Shown: positions 31,661 to 41,590, counted from the stretch's first letter. The stretch is 64,000 nucleotides of DNA from an uncultured bacterium (GCA_964607485.1 CAZSKP010000004.1:125509-189508), one strand, 5' to 3'. Program-made: numbers and translations. Notes: a model not told the origin generated them from the letters alone.

Positions 31661-32155
31661 TCATCGTTCTCGCTGCACGTAGAATTTCTCCTTGAGCCTG
31701 CGTTCGACCACCTCGGGCACGAACGAGCCTATGTCCCCCCCAAACTCTATTAACTCCTTCACGAGGCTGGAGCTGATGAACGAATAGTTCTCGTGAGTCA
31801 TCAAGAATATCGTTTCGTAGGAATCGTTGAGCTTTCGGTTGGTCAGCGCCATCTGGAATTCGTACTCGAAGTCGGAGAACGCCCTCAGCCCGCGCACGAC
31901 GCAGCACGCCTTCTTCTTGCGTATGTAATCGACGAGCAGGCCGTCGAAAGAGTCGACGCTCACGCTCGGAAAGTCCTTGGTCAACTCGCGAATCATTTCC
32001 ATCCGTTCGGAAATCGAAAAGAATTCGGTTTTCCGGATATTGTGCGCGATGGCGACGATGAGCTCATCGAAAAGCCCGACGGCGCGCTCGATAAGGTCGA
32101 TGTGACCGTACGTAATAGGGTCGAAGCTGCCGGGATAGACGGCTATTCTTTTCAT
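31661..32155 (-). CDS. coaD: Phosphopantetheine adenylyltransferase
   Basis: YPGSFDPITYGH, RGLRAFSDFEYE, ISSSLVKE. Confidence 0.97.
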   Translation of the reverse strand: MKRIAVYPGSFDPITYGHIDLIERAVGLFDELIVAIAHNIRKTEFFSISERMEMIRELTKDFPSVSVDSFDGLLVDYIRKKKACCVVRGLRAFSDFEYEFQMALTNRKLNDSYETIFLMTHENYSFISSSLVKELIEFGGDIGSFVPEVVERRLKEKFYVQRER

Positions 32156-32157
32156 AC

Positions 32158-33336
32158 TTATTCCCCCAATTCCTTCATCGCTGATCTCTTGGCCGCGTCA
32201 TATACGTGTTTCAAGGGCACGCTGTGGCTGCGCGCGATTTTCCTGCAATCTTCGAATTCGGGCGAGACGGACATCAATTTCCCTTCTCCCGTTCCCACCT
32301 TCACTCTGACCGGCCCCCACTCGGTGGACACCTCTATCACCTTGCGCTCCAGCTTCAGCCGCGCCTCACGGTGATATCTTACACCAAACGTGGTGGATTC
32401 TGAAAATAATATCGAAGCCAGAGAGGATGTGTCGGCCGGCTCGCACAGTACGGTGAGGAGAGTGCCGGGCCTCGTCTTCTTCGCCTGTATGGGCGTGAGA
32501 TACGCCTCCAGCGCCCCTCTTTCAAACAGCAGCTCCATGAGATACTCGAAATTTTCCGGATTCATGTCGTCGATGGTGGTGCTCATGACCGTAACGTCGT
32601 CGCCGGCGTAGGCCTCCGTCGGCTCTCCGACGACGGCCCGCAGCAGGTTGGGCCACTCGGGAAACTCGCGCTTGCCCGCGCCGTAGCCGTGGAACAGCAC
32701 CTTCTGCGGGGGAAGCGGGCCGAAGCTCTTCGCGAGCGACCTCAGGATGACGGCGCCCGTGGGCGTGACGAGCTCGGCCTGTGGGCCGCGTGAATAGATG
32801 GGGATGCCCTCGAGCAGCTTCATCGTCGCGGGCGCGGGCACCGGGAGCACTCCGTGCCTGCACTCGACGAAGCCGCTCCCCACGTTGACGGGCGACGAAT
32901 GCACTTCGTCGATTCCCAGCCTGTCGAGTCCGACGAGCGCGCCGACCACATCGACGATCGAGTCGATTGCGCCCACCTCGTGAAAACGGATCTTGTCGGG
33001 CGTCGTGGAATGAATCGCCGCCTCGGTATCCGCCAGCAGGGTGAAAATCCGCTCCGCCTTGTCGCGTAGTCCCTGGGGCAGGGAGCTTGAGTGGAGAAGT
33101 TCGAGGATGTGGTTGAGTCCGCGCTCGCTGGGCTGGGGTTCCGTCACATCGACGAAGAAGCTGGTGGCGGTCAAGTGCCGCCGCGAGGTCTTTTGCGCGC
33201 GTAGTTCGTAGCCCTCGAGCGGAAGCAGGCGCAGCCCTTCTCGCAGGTCCTCGATGTCAAGGCCCGCGTCGAGGAGGGAGCCTACGAGCATGTCGCCGCT
33301 GATGCCGGAGAAACAGTCGAAATAGATATGTCTCAC
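32158..33336 (-). CDS. larC: Nickel pincer cofactor biosynthesis protein LarC
   Basis: YFDCFSGISGDM, FHEVGAIDSIVD, PVPAPAT, ELVTPTGA, TIDDMNPE, PEFEDC. Confidence 0.95.
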   Translation of the reverse strand: MRHIYFDCFSGISGDMLVGSLLDAGLDIEDLREGLRLLPLEGYELRAQKTSRRHLTATSFFVDVTEPQPSERGLNHILELLHSSSLPQGLRDKAERIFTLLADTEAAIHSTTPDKIRFHEVGAIDSIVDVVGALVGLDRLGIDEVHSSPVNVGSGFVECRHGVLPVPAPATMKLLEGIPIYSRGPQAELVTPTGAVILRSLAKSFGPLPPQKVLFHGYGAGKREFPEWPNLLRAVVGEPTEAYAGDDVTVMSTTIDDMNPENFEYLMELLFERGALEAYLTPIQAKKTRPGTLLTVLCEPADTSSLASILFSESTTFGVRYHREARLKLERKVIEVSTEWGPVRVKVGTGEGKLMSVSPEFEDCRKIARSHSVPLKHVYDAAKRSAMKELGE

Positions 33337-33354
33337 TGATTTTCTCCGGAGGGC

Positions 33355-34104
33355 TTATTTCCGCCTCGCGATGATACTGGCAAAGTAGCCCGCGCCGAAT
33401 CCGTTATCTATGTTGACCACCGAAACGCCCGGAGAGCAGGTGTTCAGCATTCCCAGGAGAGCCGCCAGCCCGTCGAAGCTCGCGCCATAGCCCACGCTGG
33501 TAGGGACGGCGACGACAGGGCATTCTACCAGACCGCCCACGACGCTTGCAAGTGCTCCCTCCATGCCGGCCGCCACGACGATGGAGTCGGATTTCGATAT
33601 GTCGTTTCTCCGGTCGAACAGCCTGTGTATTCCCGCCACGCCGACGTCGTATATCCGCGTCACGCGGCATCCCATCATCTCGGAGGTGACGGCGGCCTCC
33701 TCGGCCACGGGAATGTCGGAGGTGCCGGCGGTGATGATGGTGACTTTGCCCTTGCGTCGTCCTATCGGACGCACGACGATCGTCATCGCGCGGGCGTCCC
33801 GGTTGTAGCGGGCCTTCTTGTGGATTGCGCGGACGGAGTTGAATGCTTCGGGTGAGACCCTCGTCGCCAACACGTTGCATTCGCGCTCGACCATCTTGTC
33901 CACGATGGCCACTATCTGCTCCGAGGTCTTGTTCTCGCACAGGATCACCTCGGGAAATCCTCTTCGGAGGTGGCGGTGGTGGTCGAGCTTGGCGAATCCG
34001 AGGTCTTCGTAGGGAAGCGACTTGAGCGCCGACATCGCGTCGTCAACGCTCATCTTGCCTCGCGCGACGGCGAGCATAATCGAGCGGAGTTTGTCGGGGT
34101 GCAT
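33355..34104 (-). CDS. larB: NCAIR-mutase-like LarB
   Basis: DHHR..R.GFPE, AGTSDIPVAEEA, DVGVAGIHR, AGMEGAL, PTSVGYG, VNIDNGFGA. Confidence 0.95.
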   Translation of the reverse strand: MHPDKLRSIMLAVARGKMSVDDAMSALKSLPYEDLGFAKLDHHRHLRRGFPEVILCENKTSEQIVAIVDKMVERECNVLATRVSPEAFNSVRAIHKKARYNRDARAMTIVVRPIGRRKGKVTIITAGTSDIPVAEEAAVTSEMMGCRVTRIYDVGVAGIHRLFDRRNDISKSDSIVVAAGMEGALASVVGGLVECPVVAVPTSVGYGASFDGLAALLGMLNTCSPGVSVVNIDNGFGAGYFASIIARRK

Positions 34105-34123
34105 GCTCTGAGTCAGTCTCCAA

Positions 34124-37100
34124 TCATATTTTCTTCCTTGAGCTTTTCTTGAACATGGTTCCGAACACGGACTCCTTCTTGTACTGCTTCGACATGCCTA
34201 TCGTCACCAGGATATCCCGTCCGGTTATCTCCTCTACTATAGCATGAAGATAGCCCGAAGCGGAATCTGGGAGCCTGGCGATGCTCTCGCAGTCGTCGAT
34301 CAGCACGACGTGCGAATTGGCGAGCTTGTTGAGAAGGCCGTTCCAATCGAAGGTGGGCGTGAGCGCGAGCATCTCCGCAAGCTTCTCGACCGAAAGCAGG
34401 GAAACCGGCCCCTTGAAGATTCCCCGCAGCGTGTTGCACAATGCGTTGAAGAAATGGTTGCGGCGCTGCTGGTCATTCTCGATGACCAGCAGGGGGAACT
34501 TGTTGCGCCATTTCTTGTTCGGGTTCCTGAAGGCCTCGTGGAAGTCCTCAAAGACCTGGCTTCCTCGGAAGTTGCTCGTCGTGAGGTCGGGGTCGGGCGA
34601 CAGGAACTCATCCAGGAAATCCTTCTGTTTTTCGGCGACCTCCGGCTCTGCGACCGCTTCCGACTCCTCCGCGACTCCTTCCTCGACCACCTGCTGTTCC
34701 TCTTCCGGAGCGGCGACCGTCGCACGCGCAACGGATGCTATCGCCTCGGCAGCTTCCTTCCCTCGGCTGATGATGTCCGGATGCCCCTCCAGCTTCACGA
34801 GCAGTCCGCTCTCGAGGAAGTGGAGCAGATACTCCTGCAGGTAGTTCATCTTGATTGGGGGCACCTTCGACGCCAAGACGACCTGTGCGTCCTTATCCGT
34901 CAACGCCTTGAGGAAATTATACAGTTGAATCTGGTCGTCGGCGGACACATTTGAGACGTCAAAGTCGTCAATGATGAGCAGCCGGAGCGCTTCCTGCCAC
35001 TGAGCGACTGTCGCCGGGTCTGTCTTTACCATATTCAGGAGCGACGTCAGCGAGACCAACTCGGCTGTCACTTCGGGGTCCTCCGACGTGGCCTCCTCGC
35101 CGATAGCGTGCAGGATGTGAGTTTTTCCGCAATGCGGAGGTCCGTATAGGCACAGAGGATTATACAGCTCAGCGATGTTCCGGGCTATCTTTTCGGCCAT
35201 GTTCACCGTGAACGCATCGGTTTCGGAGACCTTCAGGCCTTCGAAGGTGTGCATCCACTCGACTTGGCGCAAGCTCTCCAAAACTTCGGGGGCGACCTTG
35301 ACCGGCTCCTCCGGCGCCTCGGCTTCGACCGAGGGTTTCGGCTCGTCCGCTTGAGCCTCCGCCGGAACGCTCTCCGGAACGACGGCCTCAACGGGCCGCT
35401 CCTCAGCCCGCTCCTCAGTCCTGACCCTTTCCGCGCCGGGTTCCATTTGAGCCATCTTCGACCTCAGGGCATCGGCCTGCTTGCGCTCCTCTTTGAGCTG
35501 TGCGTCGAACCCTTCGCGAACCTTCGTCAGTTCGTTAACGGCGTCTTTGACCTGACCCTTGAGCGTGCTTGTTGCTTCTTTGTGTTTGGACTTCAACCGT
35601 GCAATCTCTTCGTCCTTCGATGCGACGGCGGCCTGAATGGCTTCCTTTTCACGGGCTCCGGCCGACGCGATCGCTTCGTCTTTCTCCGTCACCAGTTTTT
35701 CCAGCTCTACTACCTGCGCAAGAAGCTTCTTCTCCGCAGCGTCCTTCTCCTCTTCGAGCTCGGCCAGACGGCTTTCAAGCCGCCCGATCCGCTCCTGTCG
35801 GGATTCGGCCTCCTTCTCCACTTTTGCTTTTTCGGATTCGAGCCCGCCCGCCTGCTTCTTGGCCTTTCCGGCCTCCGACTTCAGCCTTTCGTAAGCCGCC
35901 TGCAGCTCGGAATAGTCCTGGCGAACCATGGCAAGCGTCTTCTCTTTTGCGGAGAGGTCGGCCTCGAGCGACGAGAATTTCTCTTTTGCTCCCGAGTCCT
36001 CTGCGGTCTGCTTCAGGAAATCTTCGCGCATCGAGTCGAGCGTGTTGTGGAGGTCGCTTATTCGGCGATCCTTATCCTTCATCAACTGCTTCTGATTCTC
36101 AGTCTCCAGCTCCGCTTCTTCCGCCGTCGTTTTGAGCTCGAGAATGCGGTCGGAGGCCTCTCTCAGCATTGTCTCGAGCGATGCGCTGGTCTCGCGGATC
36201 TCCTTTTCCTTCTCCGCGAACTGGGCGCGTTCGGCGTCGAGCTTGGCCGAGAGGTCGGATGCGCGGGCCTGCGTTTCCCCCAGCTCCTTGCGCAGTTCGC
36301 TGAGCTGACCCTCGCTCGCTTTGCGCTTGTTCTCCGCCTCCTCGACCGCCTGCGAAAGTTGCTGCTCGATGCCCGCCTTCTCCGCGGACAGCGAGGCCAT
36401 CTCGGCCTCCAGCGTGGAGAGTTTCTCGCTCAGGCCGGCCATCTGTTCGGCGCTTGACTGGAGCTCCCGGCTGCGTTTCTCAAGTTCGTCGTTGAGCTTC
36501 GAGATGTGCTCGGACGCGCTCTTCTCCTTCTCGGCCAGCAGGTGCTCGTTTTGCCTCAGCCGGTCATCGAGTTCCGTGCTCTGGGCCGTGAGGCGCTCGA
36601 TCTCCGCCGACGCCTGTTGAAGCTGGCCCTCGATTGACGCTTTGGCATCCGACAGCGCCTTCTCTTGTTCTGCCCACTGTGCGCTCTGCTCCTCGATCTG
36701 CCTGGCCGAGGTGTTCCGGACTTCCTCGACCTGCTGGGCCAGTTCGGATGCCCGGGCCTCGGCTTCGCCGAGCTTCGCCTGGAAGTCGGCCAGTTGCTGT
36801 TCGGCCGCCTCCAACTGGCGGTTGGATTGTTCGAGAGAACCGGACAGCTTCTGCTCGGAATCTTCTTTTTCTTTCGTCAGGGCTGTAAGGTCCTTCGACA
36901 GGCGGGAGACCTCGGCGTTGAGAGTCTCCATCTCCTTCTGATTCGCCTTCACTCCCTTGTCGCGCTCATCCAGTTCGGCTCTGAGGTTTCGGAGGTCGCG
37001 GTCGCGCCGCTTGATCTCGTCCTTGAGCTTGCTGATGCGCTTCGACTCGTCCTTCTCTTTGGACACGAGCAGTTGGTCGCGTTCGTTCAACTTCTCCTGA

Positions 37101-39358
37101 AGGTCGCGGGCTGCCGCGTTGAGCTTCTCAATCTCCGAATCCTTGCCTGCAATCGTCGAGTTGCGCTCTTCCACGGTCCCGCTCAGGGCTGCGACCTCGC
37201 CCGACAGGGCATCTATCTTCGACCGCAGTTCGTCCCGCTCAGAGGATACTTTATTGACCTGCTCCGCCAGGGTCCCGTTCTCGGAGCGGGCCTTCTCAAG
37301 CTCCGCCTCGATTGCTTCGACGCGGCCGGAGAGTTCCTGCGCGCGCTGGTCGGCGGATTGCGCGTTCGAGCGCTCGGCGTCGAGCGATTCCGAAAGCTTC
37401 CCGGCTTCGCTTCGCAACTGCGCTTCGAGTTCGGCTGCGGCGGCCAGCATGCCGTCCTTTTCCGAGACGATGCGCTCAAGCTCCGAACGCCCGGTGTCGC
37501 TTGACTTCCTGAGTTCTTCGAGCGAAGCCACGGCCGAAGCAAGCTCGTTCTCGATGCCTTTTCGCTTTTCGATTTCCGATTCCAGCCTGCCCGCTATCTC
37601 CAGCGCTTCCTTCTGCCTCTGCTGCAGTTCTCTGCTGACAGAGTCCAGGTGAGCCTGCCGTTCGGCGTTCTGTTCTTCCGTTCCCGTCCTGATTGAGTCG
37701 AGCTCTTGCTGCTTTGCCTCAAGCGAGGCGATCAACTGCTGTCCCCGCTCCGTCTTCTCTCGAATGGCGGCCGCGTGCTGCTTGGCGTCTGCTTCGAGTT
37801 TTGAGCGGGTCTCCGCAAGCTGCTTGGCGAGCTGCTCGCGTTTTTGGTCGCCTGTGCCGTGCAGCTCGAGCGCCTTATTGAGCTCTTCCGACCTTTGTGC
37901 CAGTTGTTCTTCGAGTTCACCGACGCGTTCGTTGAGACCCTCGATTGTCTTTTCCAGCAGGAGATTTTCGTTGTGCGCCTCGGCCGTCAGTTCCCGCAAT
38001 TCCGATTTTTCCTTGTCCTGCTGGACGATGCGCATCTCGCGCTCTTCGCTCAGGAGCTTGAGTTTCTCCTCCTTGTCTTCGAGCTGTATTCTCAGGGCAT
38101 GCAGTTCGTCTTCCTTGTCCTTCTTCAGTTGTTCCAGTTCCGTCCCGAGAGTTTTTGCGGCTCTCTCCGAGTGCTTCTGCTCATCGGCGCTGGCGGCCAG
38201 ATTGTCCGTGGCCCTTGAGAGCATTTGCTCCAGCTCTACTATCTTCGAATCTCTCTCCGAAAGGGTCTTCTCGTAGTCCGTTTTGAGCTTGTCGGTGAGC
38301 TTATCCCGCTTCTCTATCTTCTTGGTGAGGTCGGCTATTTCACTGGAAATGAGCTTCTCCTGCGATTGCAGGGTGCTGTCCTTGTTGCTCAATTCCTTCT
38401 CAAAGGCCTGAACGCGGGCGGAAAGCTCGGACGCCTCGGCCGCGGCCGTTTGCTCGCGAGATGCAGCCGCTTCGAGTTCGCTCTTGAGCTTCTGCGTTTG
38501 CTTGACCTGTTCGGCGAGTTTCTGTTCGAGCCGCTCGATTGTGGCGTTGAAGTCGCCTTCACGCTTCTTGGCCTGCGACTGCACCCATGAGCCGTATATC
38601 TGCTCTGCCGTGGCGGCGGCTTTATCTTCGCCCGTCTCGGACCGGATGACCGACAGGAACTCTTCCACGTTTTCTTTGGTCAGAGTCTGGCGGGTGAGCG
38701 TGGAGAATGTTTTCAGGTGGCCGGGCAGTTTCTTAAGATAGGCCACATCCTTCCCGGCTTCACGCATGAGTTTTTGCAGGATAGCGACGTCCAGACGCAG
38801 GCCCAGCTGCTCGCACTCCCGTTTGAGTATCTTAAGGAGAGTCTCGGGCTGAGGTGTGCCGAGGGGCGCATCTATTCCGCCCCGGAGCCGGCTGAAGAAA
38901 CGTTTGTCGAAGCCTTTCAGCTTCTCGATTGGGTACGACGAGGCCAGCAGAACCTGCTTGCCGTTGTCAACGAACGTGTCGAAGAGCGCGTAGAATCTCT
39001 CGCGGATCTTGGTATCGAGGCTGAAGCGCTCGATGTCATCGACTATCAGCAGGTCCTTGCGGCTGTATGCCTTGTATATGAATTCCTCCGAGCCGCCGTT
39101 TGAACCATTCGAATCTTCTCCAAACAGCAGCCTCTCAATCGGAAGGTGGTCGGAAATATAGAGCAGGGATATCTCCGGATGGGCGATGGTCAACTCCGAA
39201 CTCACGGCCAGGAGCAGATGTGTCTTGCCGGAGCCGCGCTCTCCGTGGATGAGCAGGGGGGAATAGCCCTTCTCGAGATTGACGACGGCTTTGCACAGAG
39301 CCACCGCAAACTTGTTGGATTCGTCCACCTCGAAAGAATCAAGCTTCAGTTCAGGCAT
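34124..39358 (-). CDS. 1744-aa protein: DnaA/Hda-like AAA+ domain, long coiled coil, second DnaA-like AAA+ domain and a third degenerate one
   Basis: YSPLLIHGERGSGKTHLL/LLIVDD/FFSRL; YNPLCLYGPPHCGKTHIL/LLIIDD; FPLLVIENDQQRRNH/VVLIDD; E/K/A/L-rich heptads in between. Confidence 0.88.
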   Translation of the reverse strand: MPELKLDSFEVDESNKFAVALCKAVVNLEKGYSPLLIHGERGSGKTHLLLAVSSELTIAHPEISLLYISDHLPIERLLFGEDSNGSNGGSEEFIYKAYSRKDLLIVDDIERFSLDTKIRERFYALFDTFVDNGKQVLLASSYPIEKLKGFDKRFFSRLRGGIDAPLGTPQPETLLKILKRECEQLGLRLDVAILQKLMREAGKDVAYLKKLPGHLKTFSTLTRQTLTKENVEEFLSVIRSETGEDKAAATAEQIYGSWVQSQAKKREGDFNATIERLEQKLAEQVKQTQKLKSELEAAASREQTAAAEASELSARVQAFEKELSNKDSTLQSQEKLISSEIADLTKKIEKRDKLTDKLKTDYEKTLSERDSKIVELEQMLSRATDNLAASADEQKHSERAAKTLGTELEQLKKDKEDELHALRIQLEDKEEKLKLLSEEREMRIVQQDKEKSELRELTAEAHNENLLLEKTIEGLNERVGELEEQLAQRSEELNKALELHGTGDQKREQLAKQLAETRSKLEADAKQHAAAIREKTERGQQLIASLEAKQQELDSIRTGTEEQNAERQAHLDSVSRELQQRQKEALEIAGRLESEIEKRKGIENELASAVASLEELRKSSDTGRSELERIVSEKDGMLAAAAELEAQLRSEAGKLSESLDAERSNAQSADQRAQELSGRVEAIEAELEKARSENGTLAEQVNKVSSERDELRSKIDALSGEVAALSGTVEERNSTIAGKDSEIEKLNAAARDLQEKLNERDQLLVSKEKDESKRISKLKDEIKRRDRDLRNLRAELDERDKGVKANQKEMETLNAEVSRLSKDLTALTKEKEDSEQKLSGSLEQSNRQLEAAEQQLADFQAKLGEAEARASELAQQVEEVRNTSARQIEEQSAQWAEQEKALSDAKASIEGQLQQASAEIERLTAQSTELDDRLRQNEHLLAEKEKSASEHISKLNDELEKRSRELQSSAEQMAGLSEKLSTLEAEMASLSAEKAGIEQQLSQAVEEAENKRKASEGQLSELRKELGETQARASDLSAKLDAERAQFAEKEKEIRETSASLETMLREASDRILELKTTAEEAELETENQKQLMKDKDRRISDLHNTLDSMREDFLKQTAEDSGAKEKFSSLEADLSAKEKTLAMVRQDYSELQAAYERLKSEAGKAKKQAGGLESEKAKVEKEAESRQERIGRLESRLAELEEEKDAAEKKLLAQVVELEKLVTEKDEAIASAGAREKEAIQAAVASKDEEIARLKSKHKEATSTLKGQVKDAVNELTKVREGFDAQLKEERKQADALRSKMAQMEPGAERVRTEERAEERPVEAVVPESVPAEAQADEPKPSVEAEAPEEPVKVAPEVLESLRQVEWMHTFEGLKVSETDAFTVNMAEKIARNIAELYNPLCLYGPPHCGKTHILHAIGEEATSEDPEVTAELVSLTSLLNMVKTDPATVAQWQEALRLLIIDDFDVSNVSADDQIQLYNFLKALTDKDAQVVLASKVPPIKMNYLQEYLLHFLESGLLVKLEGHPDIISRGKEAAEAIASVARATVAAPEEEQQVVEEGVAEESEAVAEPEVAEKQKDFLDEFLSPDPDLTTSNFRGSQVFEDFHEAFRNPNKKWRNKFPLLVIENDQQRRNHFFNALCNTLRGIFKGPVSLLSVEKLAEMLALTPTFDWNGLLNKLANSHVVLIDDCESIARLPDSASGYLHAIVEEITGRDILVTIGMSKQYKKESVFGTMFKKSSRKKI

Positions 39359-40748
39359 TGGTGCCCCCGACCGTTATGCCTTCAATCCGCAACGTGGGCT
39401 GCGCGTCCGAGACGGGCACTCCCTGACCGTCTTTTCCGCAGGTGCCTACCGCGAAGCCGAGGTCGTCGGCCACCATGTCTATTCCGGCGAGCACCTTCGA
39501 TGAGTTTCCGATGAGGGAGGCCCCGCGAACCGGCTCCTTCACTTCTCCGCCGCGGATCACGTATGCCTCGTTCACCTCGAACATGAAGTCGCCGTTTATC
39601 GTGTTGACCTGGCCTCCGCCCATCTTGCGGACGAACAGTCCCTTCTCAGTTGCCGCGACCACGTCCTGCGGCCTTGCCGTGCCCGGCACGATCAATGTGT
39701 TCGTCATACGCGGAATCGGCCTGTGCCGATGCGACTCGCGTCTGCCGTTGCCCGTGGACCTGCCGCCATCTTTCTTCGCCGTGCCCAGGTCGTACATGTA
39801 CGTCTTGAGGACGCCGTTCTCGACCAGCACGGTGCATTCCGAGGGCGTTCCCTCGTCGTCGAAGGCAAACGAGCCCCGCCTGCCGGCGAGAGTTGCGTCG
39901 TCGTGAACCGACACCATCTCCGATGCTATTCTCTCGCCCCGTTTCCGGGCGAACACGGAAAGCCCTTTCTGTACGAGGTCGGCCTCGAGACCGTGGCCCA
40001 CCGCCTCGTGTATCATCGTTCCACCCGCCTCACTGCCGATGACCACCGGCATCACGCCCGTGGGCGCCGGCGAGGCCCCGAGCATGGTGAGCGCCCGCTG
40101 TGCGGCACGTCGGGCGATTTCCGACGGACCCATCTGCTCGAATATCTCGAAGCCGACGCTGCCGCCGATGGGCTCATAGCCCGTCTGTATTATGCCGTCC
40201 TTTTCCGCAACTGCCTGCACTACAAAGATGACGTGAACTCGCTCATCGGCGGCGAAAAGCCCGTCCGAATTCGCGATGATGACGCGCTGCCGAGAGTCGC
40301 CATACCTCACGTGTACCTGGGTTATCCTGTCGCCAAGCGACCACGCAACCTCATTCGCCTCAAGCACTTTCGAGACTTTATCGTCTGCAGCGACGGATGA
40401 CGGATATGTGATCGCCTTTGTGCCGAACGAGGTCGTGTAACCCTCTGGAAATACGTACTTTCCGACGGGCGCATTGACCCCCCTGCTCACCCGCTCGGCC
40501 AGCTCGCGCAGGCCGGAGGGAGTGAGGTCGTTGGTGGAGGCGTACGCGGTCATCTCTCCCACAACTACCCTGAGACCGGCGCCCCTGTCGGTTCCGCTGA
40601 TGACGCGCTCAATCTTGCTGTCCTCACACCCCATGGAAACCGACAGCCGTTCTTCCACGAAAATCTCTGCAAAATCTCCGCCATTCCTGAGTGCCGCCTG
40701 CAAGATTTTTGGAATTTCTCTTATCGTCTCTATGTCGTTCACCCCCAT
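39351..40748 (-). CDS. tldD: TldD family metalloprotease
   Basis: HEAVGHGLEAD, DDEG, PRMTNT, GGGQV, CGKDGQGVPVSDAQPT. Confidence 0.95.
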   Translation of the reverse strand: MGVNDIETIREIPKILQAALRNGGDFAEIFVEERLSVSMGCEDSKIERVISGTDRGAGLRVVVGEMTAYASTNDLTPSGLRELAERVSRGVNAPVGKYVFPEGYTTSFGTKAITYPSSVAADDKVSKVLEANEVAWSLGDRITQVHVRYGDSRQRVIIANSDGLFAADERVHVIFVVQAVAEKDGIIQTGYEPIGGSVGFEIFEQMGPSEIARRAAQRALTMLGASPAPTGVMPVVIGSEAGGTMIHEAVGHGLEADLVQKGLSVFARKRGERIASEMVSVHDDATLAGRRGSFAFDDEGTPSECTVLVENGVLKTYMYDLGTAKKDGGRSTGNGRRESHRHRPIPRMTNTLIVPGTARPQDVVAATEKGLFVRKMGGGQVNTINGDFMFEVNEAYVIRGGEVKEPVRGASLIGNSSKVLAGIDMVADDLGFAVGTCGKDGQGVPVSDAQPTLRIEGITVGGTNA

Positions 40749-40770
40749 TTCTTTAAAAAATGTCAGCCCA

Positions 40771-40799
40771 ATTATACGCGCGGCGGGCTCGAAAGTCAA
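40771..40799 (-). promoter_or_regulatory. Sigma70-type promoter of the tldD operon
   Basis: Minus strand TTGACT-17 bp-TATAAT. Confidence 0.75.
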
Positions 40800-41185
40800 G
40801 CGAGAGAAACTCGGGCCGGTCGGTGTAAATTACTGATTTTACGTCATTTACAGAATGCAAAAGGCCCGTGATCGTCGGAGGCCTTCCCGGTCAGATGTGA
40901 GCCAAATTTGAGGGTTCCAATTCACCGCTTGCCCAATATGAAAAACTGATGAGTTAAGAAAAATTTTTCCGCCGCGAGCCCCGTGGGGGAGCATTTCCCG
41001 GCGTGGGAACGGCCGCATGGCAAAAAATGTGCAGCTTCGTTTCCGAAAGTGTATCTCCGCCATTAGGAGGGATTCCGCGGCTGGAATAGAAGCGGCTGGG
41101 CCGCGCATGCGGCGGGGCGATTAGAGCCCGAAGTGATTTCTGCTATACTTGTGATGCGGGCAAAAGAAGGGGCTCGCGTCGAATG

Positions 41186-41372
41186 GGGCCTGTTGCCCAA
41201 ATGATTTGGAGTCATTGCGAGGGAGAGTCACAGACTCGACCGAAGCAATCGCGGAGGCGTTTCCCTCATGCCATCGGGATTGCTTCGTCGCCCGAGCTTG
41301 CAGCTCTTTGCTCCTCGCAATGACGAGGCAGGAGAACGTTAATGGGTGAGGAATCATTTCGGCAACAGGCCC
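41186..41372. mobile_element. MITE-like element: 21-bp terminal inverted repeats enclosing a GTCATTGCGAG palindrome (41211-41324)
   Basis: GGGCCTGTTGCCCAAATGATT ... AATCATTTCGGCAACAGGCCC (one mismatch). Confidence 0.7.
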
Positions 41373-41386
41373 GAAAGGAGAAGGCG

Positions 41387-41590
41387 ATGGAAATGAAGAA
41401 AGCGCTGGCCGCGTGGGGCAAGGTATGTCCCGGCTGCAACATCGCGCGCAAGTATCCCGATTCGCTCATCGGCAGGACGGTGCGGGCGCACTGGGAGCGG
41501 GGTTGCATCTCGCACGACGCGTACGTCGAGGTGTACAACGTCGACGAGCCTTCGCCGAAGAGGAGCAAGGAGAAACCTGCCGAGAAGTGA
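41387..41590 (+). CDS. Small CxxC/CxxH protein
   Basis: RBS AAAGGAG; 67 aa; VCPGCNIARKYP...GCISHDAY. Confidence 0.65.
   Translation: MEMKKALAAWGKVCPGCNIARKYPDSLIGRTVRAHWERGCISHDAYVEVYNVDEPSPKRSKEKPAEK

Noticed and set aside
32158-33336. Programmed frameshift in larC, as occurs in some organisms
   Set aside because: Both LarC parts are in one continuous frame here.
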